The notes under the pieces: generated by a model
Told to the model about the DNA's origin: nothing
Seen by the model: only the letters and a program-made list of their open reading frames with translations
Databases searched by the model: none
Made by a program: the position numbers and the translations under genes
Assembly: GCA_033812795.1 (NCBI GenBank)
Contig: JAPXSY010000006.1
Location: 16,755 to 80,754, forward strand
Length of the DNA: 64,000 bases
From: Kiritimatiellia bacterium
GTDB lineage: Bacteria > Verrucomicrobiota > Kiritimatiellia > RFP12 > UBA1067
Reading direction: 5' to 3'
Part shown: piece by piece, positions 45,472-56,816 of the stretch
Position numbering within the stretch: position 1 is the first letter of the stretch
How the letters are laid out: each line of letters opens with the position of its first letter

Positions 45472-48048
45472 TTGGCAATGCCCAAAATGGGGGTAAGCGG
45501 GATGAATCGAAATGCGGGAATGTTGTTGGCGATCGTGCTTTCATTGCAAGTCAGGGCAGCGGGTGATCCGGCAGCGGTAGCGGCGTGGGAAAAGTCGGGA
45601 CGCGCGGAAACACTCGAATGGTTCAAACGCCATTGGTTCGGCGTGCGCCCGGCGGAACGTTTGGCGGATCAAGAGATCGGCGAGGATTACGTCGCGTGCC
45701 ACGGCGGGCAGATCAGGATCAACATTTACGTGAAGCTTCCGGAAGGCGCGAGTGCCGAGAACCCGGTGCCGGCTTTCATCTTCGGCGACCACTACAATCC
45801 CAAGACAAGCAGAACCAAGACAGACACGATGCCGGGAATCCCGACGAACGCGATCGTCTCGCGCGGCTACGCCTACATCCGGTTCAATTTCAATGACGTG
45901 ACGCCCAACACCAACCAAGGGTGCCACGACCCGTCAAGCGCCAACATGAAACTCGGCGGAATGGGCAATCCCGACAGCTGGGGCACGATCTCGGCTTGGG
46001 CGTGGGGTTTCTCTCGCGTAATGGACTGGGTGGAGACACGGCCGGAACTGGATGCGAAACGCATCGCGGTAATCGGACACTCCCGCGGCGGCAAGACCGC
46101 GCTATGGGCCGGATGCACTGACCAACGCATCGCGCTCACGATTTCGAACTGTTCCGGTACCGGCGGGGCGCGTTATTTGCATATGCCGCTCAAAGGAATG
46201 GAAACGCTGGACTGGATGAAAGACCATGCGACGCGGCACTGGTTCTGTCCGAGCTGGATACCGACCTATCGCAACCGCGAGACGGAAATCGAGCATGATG
46301 CGGACGAAATGATCATGCTCATCGCGCCGCGGCGAGTCTACGTGGCAAGCGGGTCGGAAGATAGCTGGGCAGGTCCCGCAGGCGAGTTCGAATCGGCCAA
46401 ACGCGCGTCGGCGCTCTGGGAAGCCTATGGACACAAGGGGCTTTCGCTCGACACGTTCCCGGTGCCGGGTACGGTCGACCACTCCGGCCGGGTCGGATAC
46501 CATTTGCGTCCGGGAGCGCACGCGATCAGGCCGTGGGACTGGGACCGCTACATGGACTTCATGGACAAACATCTGCCGGGGCCGAAAAAGGCACCCCCGA
46601 AAGCGATGGAGCCCGCGGCACCGGAATCGCAACGTGTCCAATCAGAGGCCATCCTCGCGTGGATCAACGCCTTGGAAGCCTTTTTCGACGGCGGCGAGCA
46701 AGGCTCTGTTCACGGCTTTTCGATCCTCCGGCACGGCAAAGTGATTGCCGAGGGCAGTTGGAAACCGTTCGACACGCTGCATGAGACACACATGCTCTAT
46801 TCGCTCTCGAAAAGCTTTGCCTCGACCGCGATCGGATTGCTGGTGGATGACGGCAAGCTGGACTTGGACGAACGGATCACTGACCTCTTTCCGGAATACG
46901 TTCCGGCGGAACCATCCGAAAACCTGAAGGCGATGCGTGTGCGCGATCTGCTCTCCATGAATGTCGGCACGAGCCATGCCGATCCGCACAAGAAAGACCC
47001 CGGCGGCGATTGGGTGAAGATGTTCGTCACCAACGTGATCGACGGCAAGCCCGGCCAGGCTTTCAGGTACGACAGCAGCGCCACCCATGTGCTGGTCGCG
47101 ATCGCCGAGAAGAGAAGCGGCAGGACGTTTTTGGATTTCATCGGGGAGCGGCTCTTCGACCGGATCGGCATCGGGAAGAATGCCTGGACCACTTATTCGC
47201 CGACCGGTATCGCTTGCGGCGGATGGGGGCTCAATCTGACAACCCGCGACCTGGCGCGGTTTGGACAACTTTATCTGCAGCGCGGTGTCTGGAACGGCGA
47301 AAGGGTCTTGTCGCGAGAGTGGGTAGAACTCGCGACAGCCCGGCACACCTGGAACGGCGGGATTGTCGGCACGCGTCCGGATGACGACTGGGCGCAGGGG
47401 TACGGCTTCCAGTTCTGGCGCTGTGTTCCCGAGGGCGTTTACCGTGCGGACGGGGCTTATGGCCAATACACGATTGTGTTGCCCGATCAAGATATGGTGG
47501 TGTCAATGCACGCCGGGGTCAAAAGCATGGGCAAAATATTAAAGCTGACCTGGGAACACCTTTTGCCCGGAGTCAGGAACGTCCCGTTGCCGGTGAACAC
47601 GGTCGGTGAGGAAGCGTTGCAGAAACGTCTTGGCGGTCTCGCCATTGCCCCGGTAAAAGGCTCGGTCGCGGAAGGCGCGTATTTCGGCCGGGAACTCGCT
47701 CTCAAGGAAAACAATCGCGGCATCAGGTCAATCCGCCTCGACCGCGAAGGCGAAGGATGGAAGTGTACGCTCGTGACCCGCGCCGGGGAAAACGCGTTCC
47801 CGGTCGGATGCGGCGTTTGGGCAAAAGGCACGATCAGGATCGATACGGAGAAATACGAAAAGCCTGGCGGACTTATCGGAGTGCAGCCGACGGTGGCTTC
47901 GGGTGGCGTGGATGCGGACGGCGTCTTCCGCATGAAGGTTTTCCTGACCGGAACAACCGCTTACCTTTCGTTCGAAATCTCAGAAAAGCAGATTCTGGGC
48001 CGACTTTTTGCCATAGACGGATGCCGGTTTGAGGGGAAGACGGAATAA
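45472..48048 (+). CDS. Secreted two-domain hydrolase: an N-terminal alpha/beta-hydrolase (glucuronoyl-esterase/acetyl-esterase-like) and a C-terminal beta-lactamase-fold serine hydrolase
   Basis: A signal peptide comes first. The first domain has the nucleophile motif GHSRGGKTALWAG. The second domain carries S-x-x-K (SLSKSF), a YxN-like element and further class-C-like elements. Confidence 0.65.
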   Translation: MAMPKMGVSGMNRNAGMLLAIVLSLQVRAAGDPAAVAAWEKSGRAETLEWFKRHWFGVRPAERLADQEIGEDYVACHGGQIRINIYVKLPEGASAENPVPAFIFGDHYNPKTSRTKTDTMPGIPTNAIVSRGYAYIRFNFNDVTPNTNQGCHDPSSANMKLGGMGNPDSWGTISAWAWGFSRVMDWVETRPELDAKRIAVIGHSRGGKTALWAGCTDQRIALTISNCSGTGGARYLHMPLKGMETLDWMKDHATRHWFCPSWIPTYRNRETEIEHDADEMIMLIAPRRVYVASGSEDSWAGPAGEFESAKRASALWEAYGHKGLSLDTFPVPGTVDHSGRVGYHLRPGAHAIRPWDWDRYMDFMDKHLPGPKKAPPKAMEPAAPESQRVQSEAILAWINALEAFFDGGEQGSVHGFSILRHGKVIAEGSWKPFDTLHETHMLYSLSKSFASTAIGLLVDDGKLDLDERITDLFPEYVPAEPSENLKAMRVRDLLSMNVGTSHADPHKKDPGGDWVKMFVTNVIDGKPGQAFRYDSSATHVLVAIAEKRSGRTFLDFIGERLFDRIGIGKNAWTTYSPTGIACGGWGLNLTTRDLARFGQLYLQRGVWNGERVLSREWVELATARHTWNGGIVGTRPDDDWAQGYGFQFWRCVPEGVYRADGAYGQYTIVLPDQDMVVSMHAGVKSMGKILKLTWEHLLPGVRNVPLPVNTVGEEALQKRLGGLAIAPVKGSVAEGAYFGRELALKENNRGIRSIRLDREGEGWKCTLVTRAGENAFPVGCGVWAKGTIRIDTEKYEKPGGLIGVQPTVASGGVDADGVFRMKVFLTGTTAYLSFEISEKQILGRLFAIDGCRFEGKTE

Positions 48049-48051
48049 ATT

Positions 48052-48565
48052 GGTTTCAGGTTTCTGGGTTTCAGGGTTTCAGGGTTTCTGGGTTTCATCC
48101 AAATCGGGGTCGGGATCGCTATCGGGATCGCTATCGGGTTTCAAGGTTTCTGGTTTCAGGGTTTCAAGGTTTCATCGCTATCGGGATCGCTATCGGGATC
48201 GCTATCGGGTTTCAGGGTTTCAAGGTTTCTGGTTTCTGGTTTCAGGGTTTCAGGGTTTCAGGGTTTCAAGGTTTCATCGCTATCGGGATCGCTATCGGGT
48301 TTCAAGGTTTCATGGTTTCATCGGGGTCGGGATCGCTATCGGGATCGCTATCGGGTTTCAAGGTTTCTGGGTTTCATCGCTATCGGGATCGCTATCGCTA
48401 TCGGGATCGATCATTTCACCACGGAACACCACCGCCTCACAGCCTCACACCCTCACAGTCTCACAGTCTCACAGCCTAACAGCCTAACAGCCTAACAGCC
48501 TCACAGTCTCACAGTCTCACAGTCTCACAGCCTAACAGCCTCACAGCCTCACAGCCTCACAGCCT
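48052..48565. repeat. Composite minisatellite array of about 510 bp. Blocks of 7/8-mer GG(G)TTTCW and 12-mer GGGATCGCTATC interleave, followed by about 17 copies of the 8-mer CCTMACAG/TCTCACAG.
   Basis: It is directly visible and begins 4 nt after the stop codon of the 45472..48048 gene. It lies between convergent genes. It has no spacers, so it is not CRISPR. Confidence 0.9.
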
Positions 48566-48595
48566 TTGAGATTGCGGGCTCCGCCCGCATCTCAA
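48566..48595. terminator. Strong GC hairpin (TTGAGAT-T-GCGGGC-tcc-GCCCGC-ATCTCAA) at the end of the satellite. It is a putative bidirectional terminator between convergent genes.
   Basis: The stem is 13 bp with one bulge. There is no U-tract. A related motif TGCGGGCTCCGTCCGCA recurs at 56701-56717. Confidence 0.45.
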
Positions 48596-48656
48596 TACGG
48601 CTCGGCACAGATCATCAACAAGGAGCGGAACGCTTTCAGCCAACCCGTTCTTTTCG

Positions 48657-50939
48657 TTATAACCCCTTCTGGTTTTTTCCGGCTTCAAGAAGCGTGACGG
48701 GGCCGTTCACCGCAAGGGCCACATAGACCTTGCCGTCTTCCCGTGTCTGCGTCTTCACGCACGAGGCGGATAACCCCGCCGCCGGCAGCATCCCCTCCCG
48801 GAAGACGAGCGTGAAGGACTGGGGTTTCTTGACCGTCGCGTTCGGTGTCAGGCGCAACGTCGCGAGTCGGCCGTCCTTGACACAGGCGTCGGCAAGGAGG
48901 CCTCCATGCGCCGGCAGCCGGAAGGCGTAATTCTTCCACTCGTCCGGCACACCGATGCCAAGCCGCAACTCATCCCCGGCGTTATGCAGGAGCATGTGGC
49001 ACAGGGCGACAAGCACATTGCCCGAGGCGGTCGAGAACCAGGGATGCGCGACAACCGTGCCGGGCTCGTTGATCTCGAAGGTCTCGCCGAACAATCCCGT
49101 CACGCCAGCGGCCTCGCGCAGCAGTTTGACCGGCTCCACGTTGTCTTCCAACAGGGTCATGGCAACCGCCATCTTGCCCGCATACCAAGGACAGATTTGT
49201 TTGCCGACCGGATACATGTTGCCAGCGAGGCGGCCGTCCCGAATGAAGCGGTAGGCCGCTTCACGCTGCAAGTCGTTGCTTTTGTCAAAGATCGGATACG
49301 GGAAGAGCCCTCCCAAGGTGGCCACGCTGGGAACCGTGCAGTTTTTGTAAGCGATGTAAGCTCCGTCGCGATGCGGCAGCGAGGCAACCAACTTGTCAGC
49401 CGTTGTTCTGAAATCCGCCGCCTCATCCAGATTCATGTGAAGCCGTTCAGCCGCATCCGCTGCGGCCCGCAAGGTGTAGATCGCGCCGCAGGTGGTCATG
49501 AACGGTCGCTCGCGCGCCGGGCCAAGGCGCTCCAGATCAGTGCACTTGCCGATGTACCACGTGCCGTCGGAATCCTCATACACCCAGTGCGAGCGGTAAT
49601 AGCGGGCACACTCGATCAGAACCGGATACCCGACTTCCTTGAGGTATTCTAAATCCCCACTGTAAAGGTACTGCGTCCAAACGCTTTTCGCGATATTGGA
49701 CATGTGGAAGATGTGGTCTAGCCAGAAGCCCTGCGGCGCTCCCTCCACGCGCCCGTCCTCATACGATTCCCATAGATAGCGGGCGCCATACTTGCCTTTT
49801 CTGCTGTAATGGCTCACACGGGCGCATGCGGTTTTCAACAGGGCTTTACGGAACTCCGGACACCGGCGGGCCACGGCGACGTGATTGGCGAGCAACAACC
49901 CCTGATGGCAGAACATCTCGTCCCATCCGAAGTATTTCCCATGCCAATGCCCCGGGAAGATCCCCACGGGGAAAGACCAGCGCGTGGCATTGACGCGCAG
50001 GTGGTACTGCGCGACATCGATCATACGCTGGATTTTCGGCTCCGGTACCTCAATGGACGATTCGCCGTGATATGCGGCCCAAGCCTGCTCATGCTCGCGC
50101 AACAGGGCGTTGAACCCGTTGTCCCAAACCCACTGGCGTGTGTTTTGGATGCGGTCGGCAAGCTTGCCGGAATCTAGCGTGTCTTCATACTGAATGAAGA
50201 ACGTGGTGACTTTCCGCTCACCGGGCTGAAGGGTAAATGTGGCGGAAAGCGTTGCGTCCCGGTCGTTCTTGACCGTGTAGTGTGCCGGTTCGTCCGCTCC
50301 TTTATAGGCCGCGATCATCGCATCACGGATGTCATTCCCGTAAGTCCGGCAGGAATAGACGGCGTAACGCGTTTCTTTACGCCACGCCCACGTTCCGGTC
50401 AGGCGCGGATGTTTGGGCGCCTGAAAGATGTAGTCCAACGTGACCTCCAGCGGCGCGGTTGCCGTGGAGACCAATGTGCGGCGGAAGGCGATCAGGTTAC
50501 GGGTAAGCGGCACGATGATCTCGCTCTCGATGCGGAGGCCGTTCGTGTAACTGTTGCGGCTGAACAGTGTCGCGCGCCGGACATCCAGCTCCTGTTCCCA
50601 GACATCCGGATAGTCACGCAATACCCCGCCGATGATAACGCGGTGGTTGAACTTGCCGAACTCGAACAATCCGCCATCGGGGGGCGGCAATCTCCGGCCA
50701 GCCCAGTATATGGCCGGTCTGATCCCGGCATAGCTGCGCTCGCGCATACCGCACGTCCAGTCAACGGTCATGCTCAACTCACCGTTACCCAACAGCGGGG
50801 GCACGTAGCCCTGCGGACAAGCATCCCCCGTGCCACAGACCAGCCCCTTTAACGGATCGCCCCCTGTCGCGGCCGAGACCGCCAAAGGCAGGAGGCCCAG
50901 CGCCACAAACAACATATGCCGCATCCTTTGCGTTCCCAT
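48657..50939 (-). CDS. Secreted (alpha/alpha)6 six-hairpin glycoside hydrolase-like protein, family uncertain
   Basis: 760 aa. A signal peptide is present (MRHMLFVALGLLPLAVSAA). It has a beta-sandwich N-domain followed by an alpha-toroid core (…GKYFGWDEMFCHQGLLLANHVAVARR…). It lies in a carbohydrate-active gene context. Confidence 0.45.
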   Translation of the reverse strand: MGTQRMRHMLFVALGLLPLAVSAATGGDPLKGLVCGTGDACPQGYVPPLLGNGELSMTVDWTCGMRERSYAGIRPAIYWAGRRLPPPDGGLFEFGKFNHRVIIGGVLRDYPDVWEQELDVRRATLFSRNSYTNGLRIESEIIVPLTRNLIAFRRTLVSTATAPLEVTLDYIFQAPKHPRLTGTWAWRKETRYAVYSCRTYGNDIRDAMIAAYKGADEPAHYTVKNDRDATLSATFTLQPGERKVTTFFIQYEDTLDSGKLADRIQNTRQWVWDNGFNALLREHEQAWAAYHGESSIEVPEPKIQRMIDVAQYHLRVNATRWSFPVGIFPGHWHGKYFGWDEMFCHQGLLLANHVAVARRCPEFRKALLKTACARVSHYSRKGKYGARYLWESYEDGRVEGAPQGFWLDHIFHMSNIAKSVWTQYLYSGDLEYLKEVGYPVLIECARYYRSHWVYEDSDGTWYIGKCTDLERLGPARERPFMTTCGAIYTLRAAADAAERLHMNLDEAADFRTTADKLVASLPHRDGAYIAYKNCTVPSVATLGGLFPYPIFDKSNDLQREAAYRFIRDGRLAGNMYPVGKQICPWYAGKMAVAMTLLEDNVEPVKLLREAAGVTGLFGETFEINEPGTVVAHPWFSTASGNVLVALCHMLLHNAGDELRLGIGVPDEWKNYAFRLPAHGGLLADACVKDGRLATLRLTPNATVKKPQSFTLVFREGMLPAAGLSASCVKTQTREDGKVYVALAVNGPVTLLEAGKNQKGL

Positions 50940-50984
50940 GACTAATGCCTTCGTCTTTTGTCTCCTGTCCCCCCCCCTCTTCCC

Positions 50985-52716
50985 TCACTCAACAAAAACA
51001 GGGTCCGCACGCATGCGGGTGATCCCGTTCTCATTAAACGTATCCACCGTGAACCAATAGGGCGCCCCCGCATTCAGGCTGTAAATGTCGAGCCGCGTTT
51101 GACCGCGGATTTCAAAGGGCGTGAACATCGCATCCGCTGCCACACCGTAACGTACGACCGCGCCTTTGGCGCCTGCCCCGCCCTCCCATTCCACCGTCAC
51201 ATGCCGCCGGTCGGCCTTCCCGCGAATCACCCGAACGTTGCTTGCCGGCGCGGGAGGCGTTCCCTCTCCGGTTCCGAAAACGCGAAGACCCGCAACAGCA
51301 AAGTATCCTGACTTCGTACCGCAATTTATAAGCCGAAGGTGCCGCGTGGCCACAGGATTTTCCAGCTCGTGATAAGCGTTCATCCGGTCCTTCGGGTTTT
51401 GGGATTGGTCGACCCTGGTTACCCAGTGCACGCCGTCGTCGGAGCAGTCCACCCGATATTTTTGAACAAAATCCTGCGGCAAACTGTTTGTGCTCCTCCG
51501 CACCTCTTCCGTCTCCGCGAAATGAACCTGTATCGCGCACACCCGTTTAATCGCGCCGAGATCGACACCGATCCAAGCGTTCGAGTCCGATCCCTTGGGC
51601 TGCCACCAGGATCGGATACTCGTGTCGAAGGCGCATCGGGCGAGACGGGCGCCGCTATGTTCCGACGAAGCGCTGACGGCCTTCCCGCAACCCAGTTCCA
51701 TCCAGCCGACAAGATTCCCTTTCCCGGGGCTGGGATTTTTGCCGGGCAGATACTGCGGCAGGTCACCAAAGGCCGTTTCCGCAAACAACCGTCCTGCCGC
51801 ATCGATGCGGGCGGGAAAAAGGACCACACGACGCTCGACACCGCGAATCACACCGGTGGCGACATGCCAAAGGCGTTGGTGCTTGTCTTGAAAGGTCGCC
51901 CCGTGGCCGGCACCGGGAATAAACCCCGTCGGCTTGAACGAGAAAGGACTGTACGGTTCATACACGAACGGTCCCATCGGCGAACGGGAAACGCAAACGC
52001 CATCACCATACGTGTCAAACTCGGTACCGGGTGCCGCGTATTGGTAGTAATACTTCCCCCCGTGTTTATTCATCCAGGACCCCTCGATCCACGGCTCCTT
52101 GTCGGAGCGGTCGAGACCATGTCCCTGATTGGTGTTGCCCCGCACCTCCCAACCGCGTTCGCTCTCAAGCGGCCGAACGCATTCCGCCGCGGCACCGATA
52201 CGCTTGAACTGGTTGGTCGGATCAAGCTCGATGACGGTAGGCGCCCCTCGTCTTTTTCCGGCGGCGCAACCGGCGTAAAGAAACACGCGACCGTCGTCAT
52301 CGGCAAAAAGGGCGGGGTCCACATTGCTTTTTTGCGCGTTGACTAACTCCCATGAGTCCTCATCCTTGGGCCGCGAACTCTTGAAGATACCCGCACCCGA
52401 AGCCGTGAAATAAAGCTCCCCCCGATATTCCATGGCCGTGGGCGCATAGTTCGCCAGAGGCAGGTTGGGCGGCGACACTTTCCGCCAGCAGACAAAATCA
52501 GGCGACCACCAGTAGCCACCCGATTTTGAGGCGAACAGGTAATAATCTCCCTTATACGTCAGACAGACGGGATCCGCGCCTTCGTGAAACCCGAGCTCGT
52601 TTCGGAAGCCGTAATCGAGATCAAGCGGGTTGCAGAACGTCATGGGCTCCCGGCAAGATCCCCATGCCGCGACCACGCCGACCACCCCAAACACAAACGC
52701 CCTGTTCTTCATCTTC
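50985..52716 (-). CDS. Secreted GH43-family (5-bladed beta-propeller) glycosidase with a C-terminal F5/8 type C (discoidin) domain and an FN3-like domain
   Basis: MKMKNRAFVFGVVGVVAAWGSC is a signal/lipobox-like start. GH43-like blocks are present (FCNPLDLDYGF…GDYYLFAS…). The discoidin domain reads QVHFAETEEV…HLRLINCGTKSGYFAVAGLRVFG. Confidence 0.65.
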
Positions 52717-52928
52717 ATATTAAAAAATGCCTCGGGGCTGCGCCCTCGATGCCGACGAAGACAGGATACAACGTACCGGGTCAGTTCGTCCAATGGATTC
52801 CTTGATCGTCGGATAGTCCGGATCACCCTTAATCTTACGAACGATATTGACGCCAACGCCAAAATCGCGCACAATTTTAATGATCCTGATAAAAGGGTTT
52901 TGTGAAAATCACCTCCGAGGAGTCTTGT

Positions 52929-55900
52929 ATGAAAAGCAGGCTGAGCTTTGATTCTTGTTTCATCTCCGCTTGGACATTTGCCGTGGCGGCGTTCTGTTTC
53001 CAGATGGGTGCTCAGGCGCAAACCTCCGTGAGTCTCTACAAGGGGCCGATCACCGGAAGTTCGCCTGAGAATCCGGTGGACTTTTCGGTGACCTCGTACT
53101 GGGATCCGGCGGGCATGCCGTCCGGCACAACCGCCGAGGCGAAGTTCGCGAAGGCGACGATGGGCACGCTCACCGAGCAGATGTACGTGGCGTTGCCGAA
53201 TGACCTCACGCTTTTGACGCTGCGTGCCGGCGGCGGGAAGATCATCAACTTCATCGGCGAGAACGTCAGCCTCGGCACACTCCACTATCACGACTACCTC
53301 GGCTACGCCTCGGTGCTCTACGCGACGGCCCACGCCTTCGGGAACGATATCTCCAGTGTGTGCGGCGCCTTCGCGGGCGATGTCGTCAATGCGATCAGCG
53401 GCAAGATGGTGTTCGCCGGCGGCGAGGTCGAGCACCATCACCACTGCTACGCCAATTCCGATTCCGAGACGATCCTCAACGCCCTGCCGACCAACTTCTG
53501 GACGCACGGCTCTGCCAACCTCCATCTCTATGCGTCCCGCCAGTGTGGCGAGGTGACCGGGCTTTGGAAGGCGACGAAGGATTCAAAGCACCTGAAGTAT
53601 GTCGGCGCTTCTGCGATCCACGTGGTGGCGCCGGGCGCGAAGGTGACCTGCCCGGGGATCGTGCCGACGGGTGCCTACGTCCGCCGCTGGTTCTCTAACG
53701 CGAAGACGATCGAACTTTCTGCGGCGGCGCTGGACAACGCCGATTCGACCAACTTGACCTTCCATGCCTACAATCCGTCCGTTCGCCAAGACGTCGTGAC
53801 CTGGCAGAAGCAGGGGGGAGCCCAAAATGCGATTCTCAACAAGTGGAGCACCGGGCAAAATGCGGTTCTGGAGGTTGATACGTTGCAGGGCGGCAGCGCG
53901 GACGCGATTACGTTCGACGCGGAGGGGAACTGCTATCCCTGGAGGGTCATTATCCACAATGGCAAGATCTTGAGTGCGGTTAATTTCAAGTATGCGGATA
54001 TCGAATTCGCCGACAATCCCTCCGGTGTGCGCGGTCTTCCGAATTCCGCCGTCAGCGTCACCTCCTCGTCCAAGTCCTCGACCGTCACCGTGCCGGGCGG
54101 GGAGAACACGGCCTATTTCAAGACATTCGGCCCCATTGCCGCAGGCGGAGGGCTCATCAAAAGGGGGCGGGCGCGCTCGTCGCGAAACTCGGCGACGATC
54201 TTTTTGGTTCGCTTGAAGTCGCGGAAGGTTCGGTCTCCTTCACCAACGCGGTCGACACCGCCAAGATCTACGAGCTCGGCTCATTGACCCTCGGCGCAGG
54301 GACGGTCTTTAACGTCGACGGGGGCGTGACGCTTAACGTGAAGATGATTTCCGTCGGCACGGGGGCGCGGATTACCGGCACGGGCACGATTGCCTTCCCC
54401 AACCTCTCCATGATCCCCGAGGGCGTGATCGCCTCTTCGGTGAAGATCGGGATCGCGGGCGTCAGCGGCGGTCTCGTACACGGCGAGATCGTCCCCGCCG
54501 TGGTGGGCGATCCGGCGTTTTGGCTGGACACGGCTGCGGCAGATTCGCTTGTCACAGAGGAGAACGGCGCTGTGACGAACGTCGTGCGCTGGAACGACTG
54601 CCGCAAGGCATCGCCGGATGACGGCTACATGTTCGCGACGAACTGCTGGGCAAAACCAACGCTCGCGAACATGCTGATTCAGAATTACACTCACCGGTCA
54701 GAGGGAGCCCGGATCAACAGTTTCAACCGCAACTACGTGAGGATCGTCGCGAATCCCGCCTCGCTGGCCCACTGCGAGGCGCTCGTGTGGAGCCGGAAGC
54801 TGACGGGGATCAAGTCCGTTTTCCTCGTGATGAGCGCGGCGGACGGCGGCGGATGCGTTCTCGGCAACACGGCCAAGCTCGGCGACTTCGGGCGCGGCGC
54901 CACGGGGCAGGCCGCCATTTTCTATTCCGGAACCGATGCCTCGCCGGAGAAGGTGTACAAGGCGCCGATGTACATAAACGGCGTCAAGGTCGTCAACCAT
55001 TTCACGTTCGGTCCGTACACGGGTTTCCCGAACAACTGGCGCCCCTTCCTCTTCGAGGTGCATCCGACGGCGGACGGCGGCGAGGCGGACGCCTTCGGCA
55101 TGCAGGGGACCAACCGGCTCGATCTCGCGGGCGGACAGCGGATCTTCGAGTGTATCCTCTACACGAACGAGCTCACCCGCACCGAGCAGGCGCAGGTGGC
55201 CGACTACCTCACGCGCAAGTGGTTCAACGCCTGCTACGGCGGCGCGTACGCGCTGGACGAGGCGGAGGAGACAATCGACGCGACGACGTTCGACCGTCTC
55301 GACATCGTGTCCGGCGATTACGCGGTGGAGGCGATTACCGGCACCTCTTTCGTGAAAACCGGCGCGGGCGGGATGTATGTCGCCTCGCTCACCGGCGGCA
55401 CGGATCTCACAATCCCGGAAGGTTCGATGGTGATCTCCTCCGCGAAGGCGGCGAGCTTCGCGAACCTGCCGGTGGACGACAGCGGCGTCTACATGCACCT
55501 CGACGCGAACAACCTCGAAGGTTCCACAATGAGCGAGATCGACGGCAAGGGTGAATGTGTGAAAATCTGGAAGAGTCTCCGCGGCGCCACGCTCCGCACG
55601 GCAACGAATTTCTCCACCAATCACCCGGCGCTGAAGACGACAGGCGGCTCCGCGCGCATGAAAGACGGCATGAAGTACGTTGACCTCGGCGAATTCCGGG
55701 AAGTGCCGACGACAACCGGATACGGTACCGTGAACGCCAATTGCGGTGAGACGTATCACTTCGTGAAGTCCGACGGCATCCGTGCGATGTTCATGGTGTT
55801 CGGCGGCACCGGTCCCCTTGTAGGGAATAATGGCATTTATCAAAATTATGGGGAGGGCGGCCTCTACCGCGGTGACAACGCGGCCGCACTGGGACCGGCG

Positions 55901-56656
55901 GCGCCGCTGATCTATCCCAATGGCTGGTATGCGAATTCCTATTCGCTCGCCAAGGGGTACTGTACATACGTGAAGGTAAACGGTGTTGAAACCGATCCGA
56001 CGACAACGGGGCTCGACAACGATCTCAATGTCATCTCGCTCAGGACCTACATCGATCCGGTGAGCGCCTCGGCTTTCAACTGTATCCACTACAACAACAA
56101 GTTCGGTGGCGCGCAGTATGGCGAGGTGATGTTCTACACACGGCCGGTGTCGCGTCCCGAGGCGCACCGCATCGAAACGTACCTTCGTAATAAGTGGTGC
56201 CGGGAGGGTTATTCAACGGCCGGTTACGAGGCGGCCGTGGCGGGCAAGGTGATGCTGGGGACGAACGCGATGCTGAAAGTGGTGGGCGGCGAGCCGCTCA
56301 CGGCAACGGGTCTCGGCGGCGGTGGCACGGTCACGGGTGACGTGACACTGCAGAACAATGCGGAGCTGACGGTGGTGATCACCGACGGGGTGGCGTCCTC
56401 TCAGACGATCGAAGGTGAACTCGTCCTCCCGGTGAACGGCACGATCAAGGTCGTCGGCGATTTCACCGGCCTCGCCTTTGGAGATTCCGATGTCTTCAAG
56501 TCTGCCTCGATCCATGCGTCGACCGATCTGAGCGGATGGGGCCGCAATCTCACCCAGGTTGTCCATCCCGAAAAGCGCAACGTCTCCTTCAGGGTGGTCG
56601 AAGGCGCGATCCGCATGACGGTCAGCAAGTCGGGAACGACATTCATCCTCCGGTGA
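52929..56656 (+). CDS. Giant secreted beta-strand-repeat (autotransporter-associated/adhesin-like) surface protein of about 1,240 aa. It is split into two ORFs by a -1 frameshift in an A4G5 homopolymer near 54158-54166.
   Basis: ORF 52902..54287 carries a signal peptide (MKSRLSFDSCFISAWTFAVAAFCFQMGAQA) and ends in Arg/Ser-rich nonsense. Frame +2 reads through as ...LIKKGAGALVAKLGDDLF...LGSLTLGAGTVFNVDGG into ORF 54284..56656. Module-ending motifs QVADYLTRKWF and HRIETYLRNKWC repeat. An HHHH run is present. Confidence 0.6.
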
Positions 56657-56816
56657 TCGTGAAAACGATACCGCAGATTCGGCACCTGTAAGCAAAGGGG
56701 TGCGGGCTCCGTCCGCATTACTTCGCCGGGGTTTTTGAGAACGAGGGGCGGTGGCGACGTTTTCAGCGCAACCCAATGTGCAAACACGCCTCCTTCGCCC
56801 CCAAGGAGAAACGCAC

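Noticed and set aside
48029-48487. 152-aa ORF across the minisatellite
   Set aside because: It is purely a translation of tandem repeats (SGFWVSGFQGF…RYRDRYRDRY…). It has no start context and no plausible fold.
48052-48565. Possible CRISPR array
   Set aside because: The repeat units are 7-12 nt with no unique spacers. CRISPR repeats are about 24-48 nt and separated by spacers. No cas genes are nearby.
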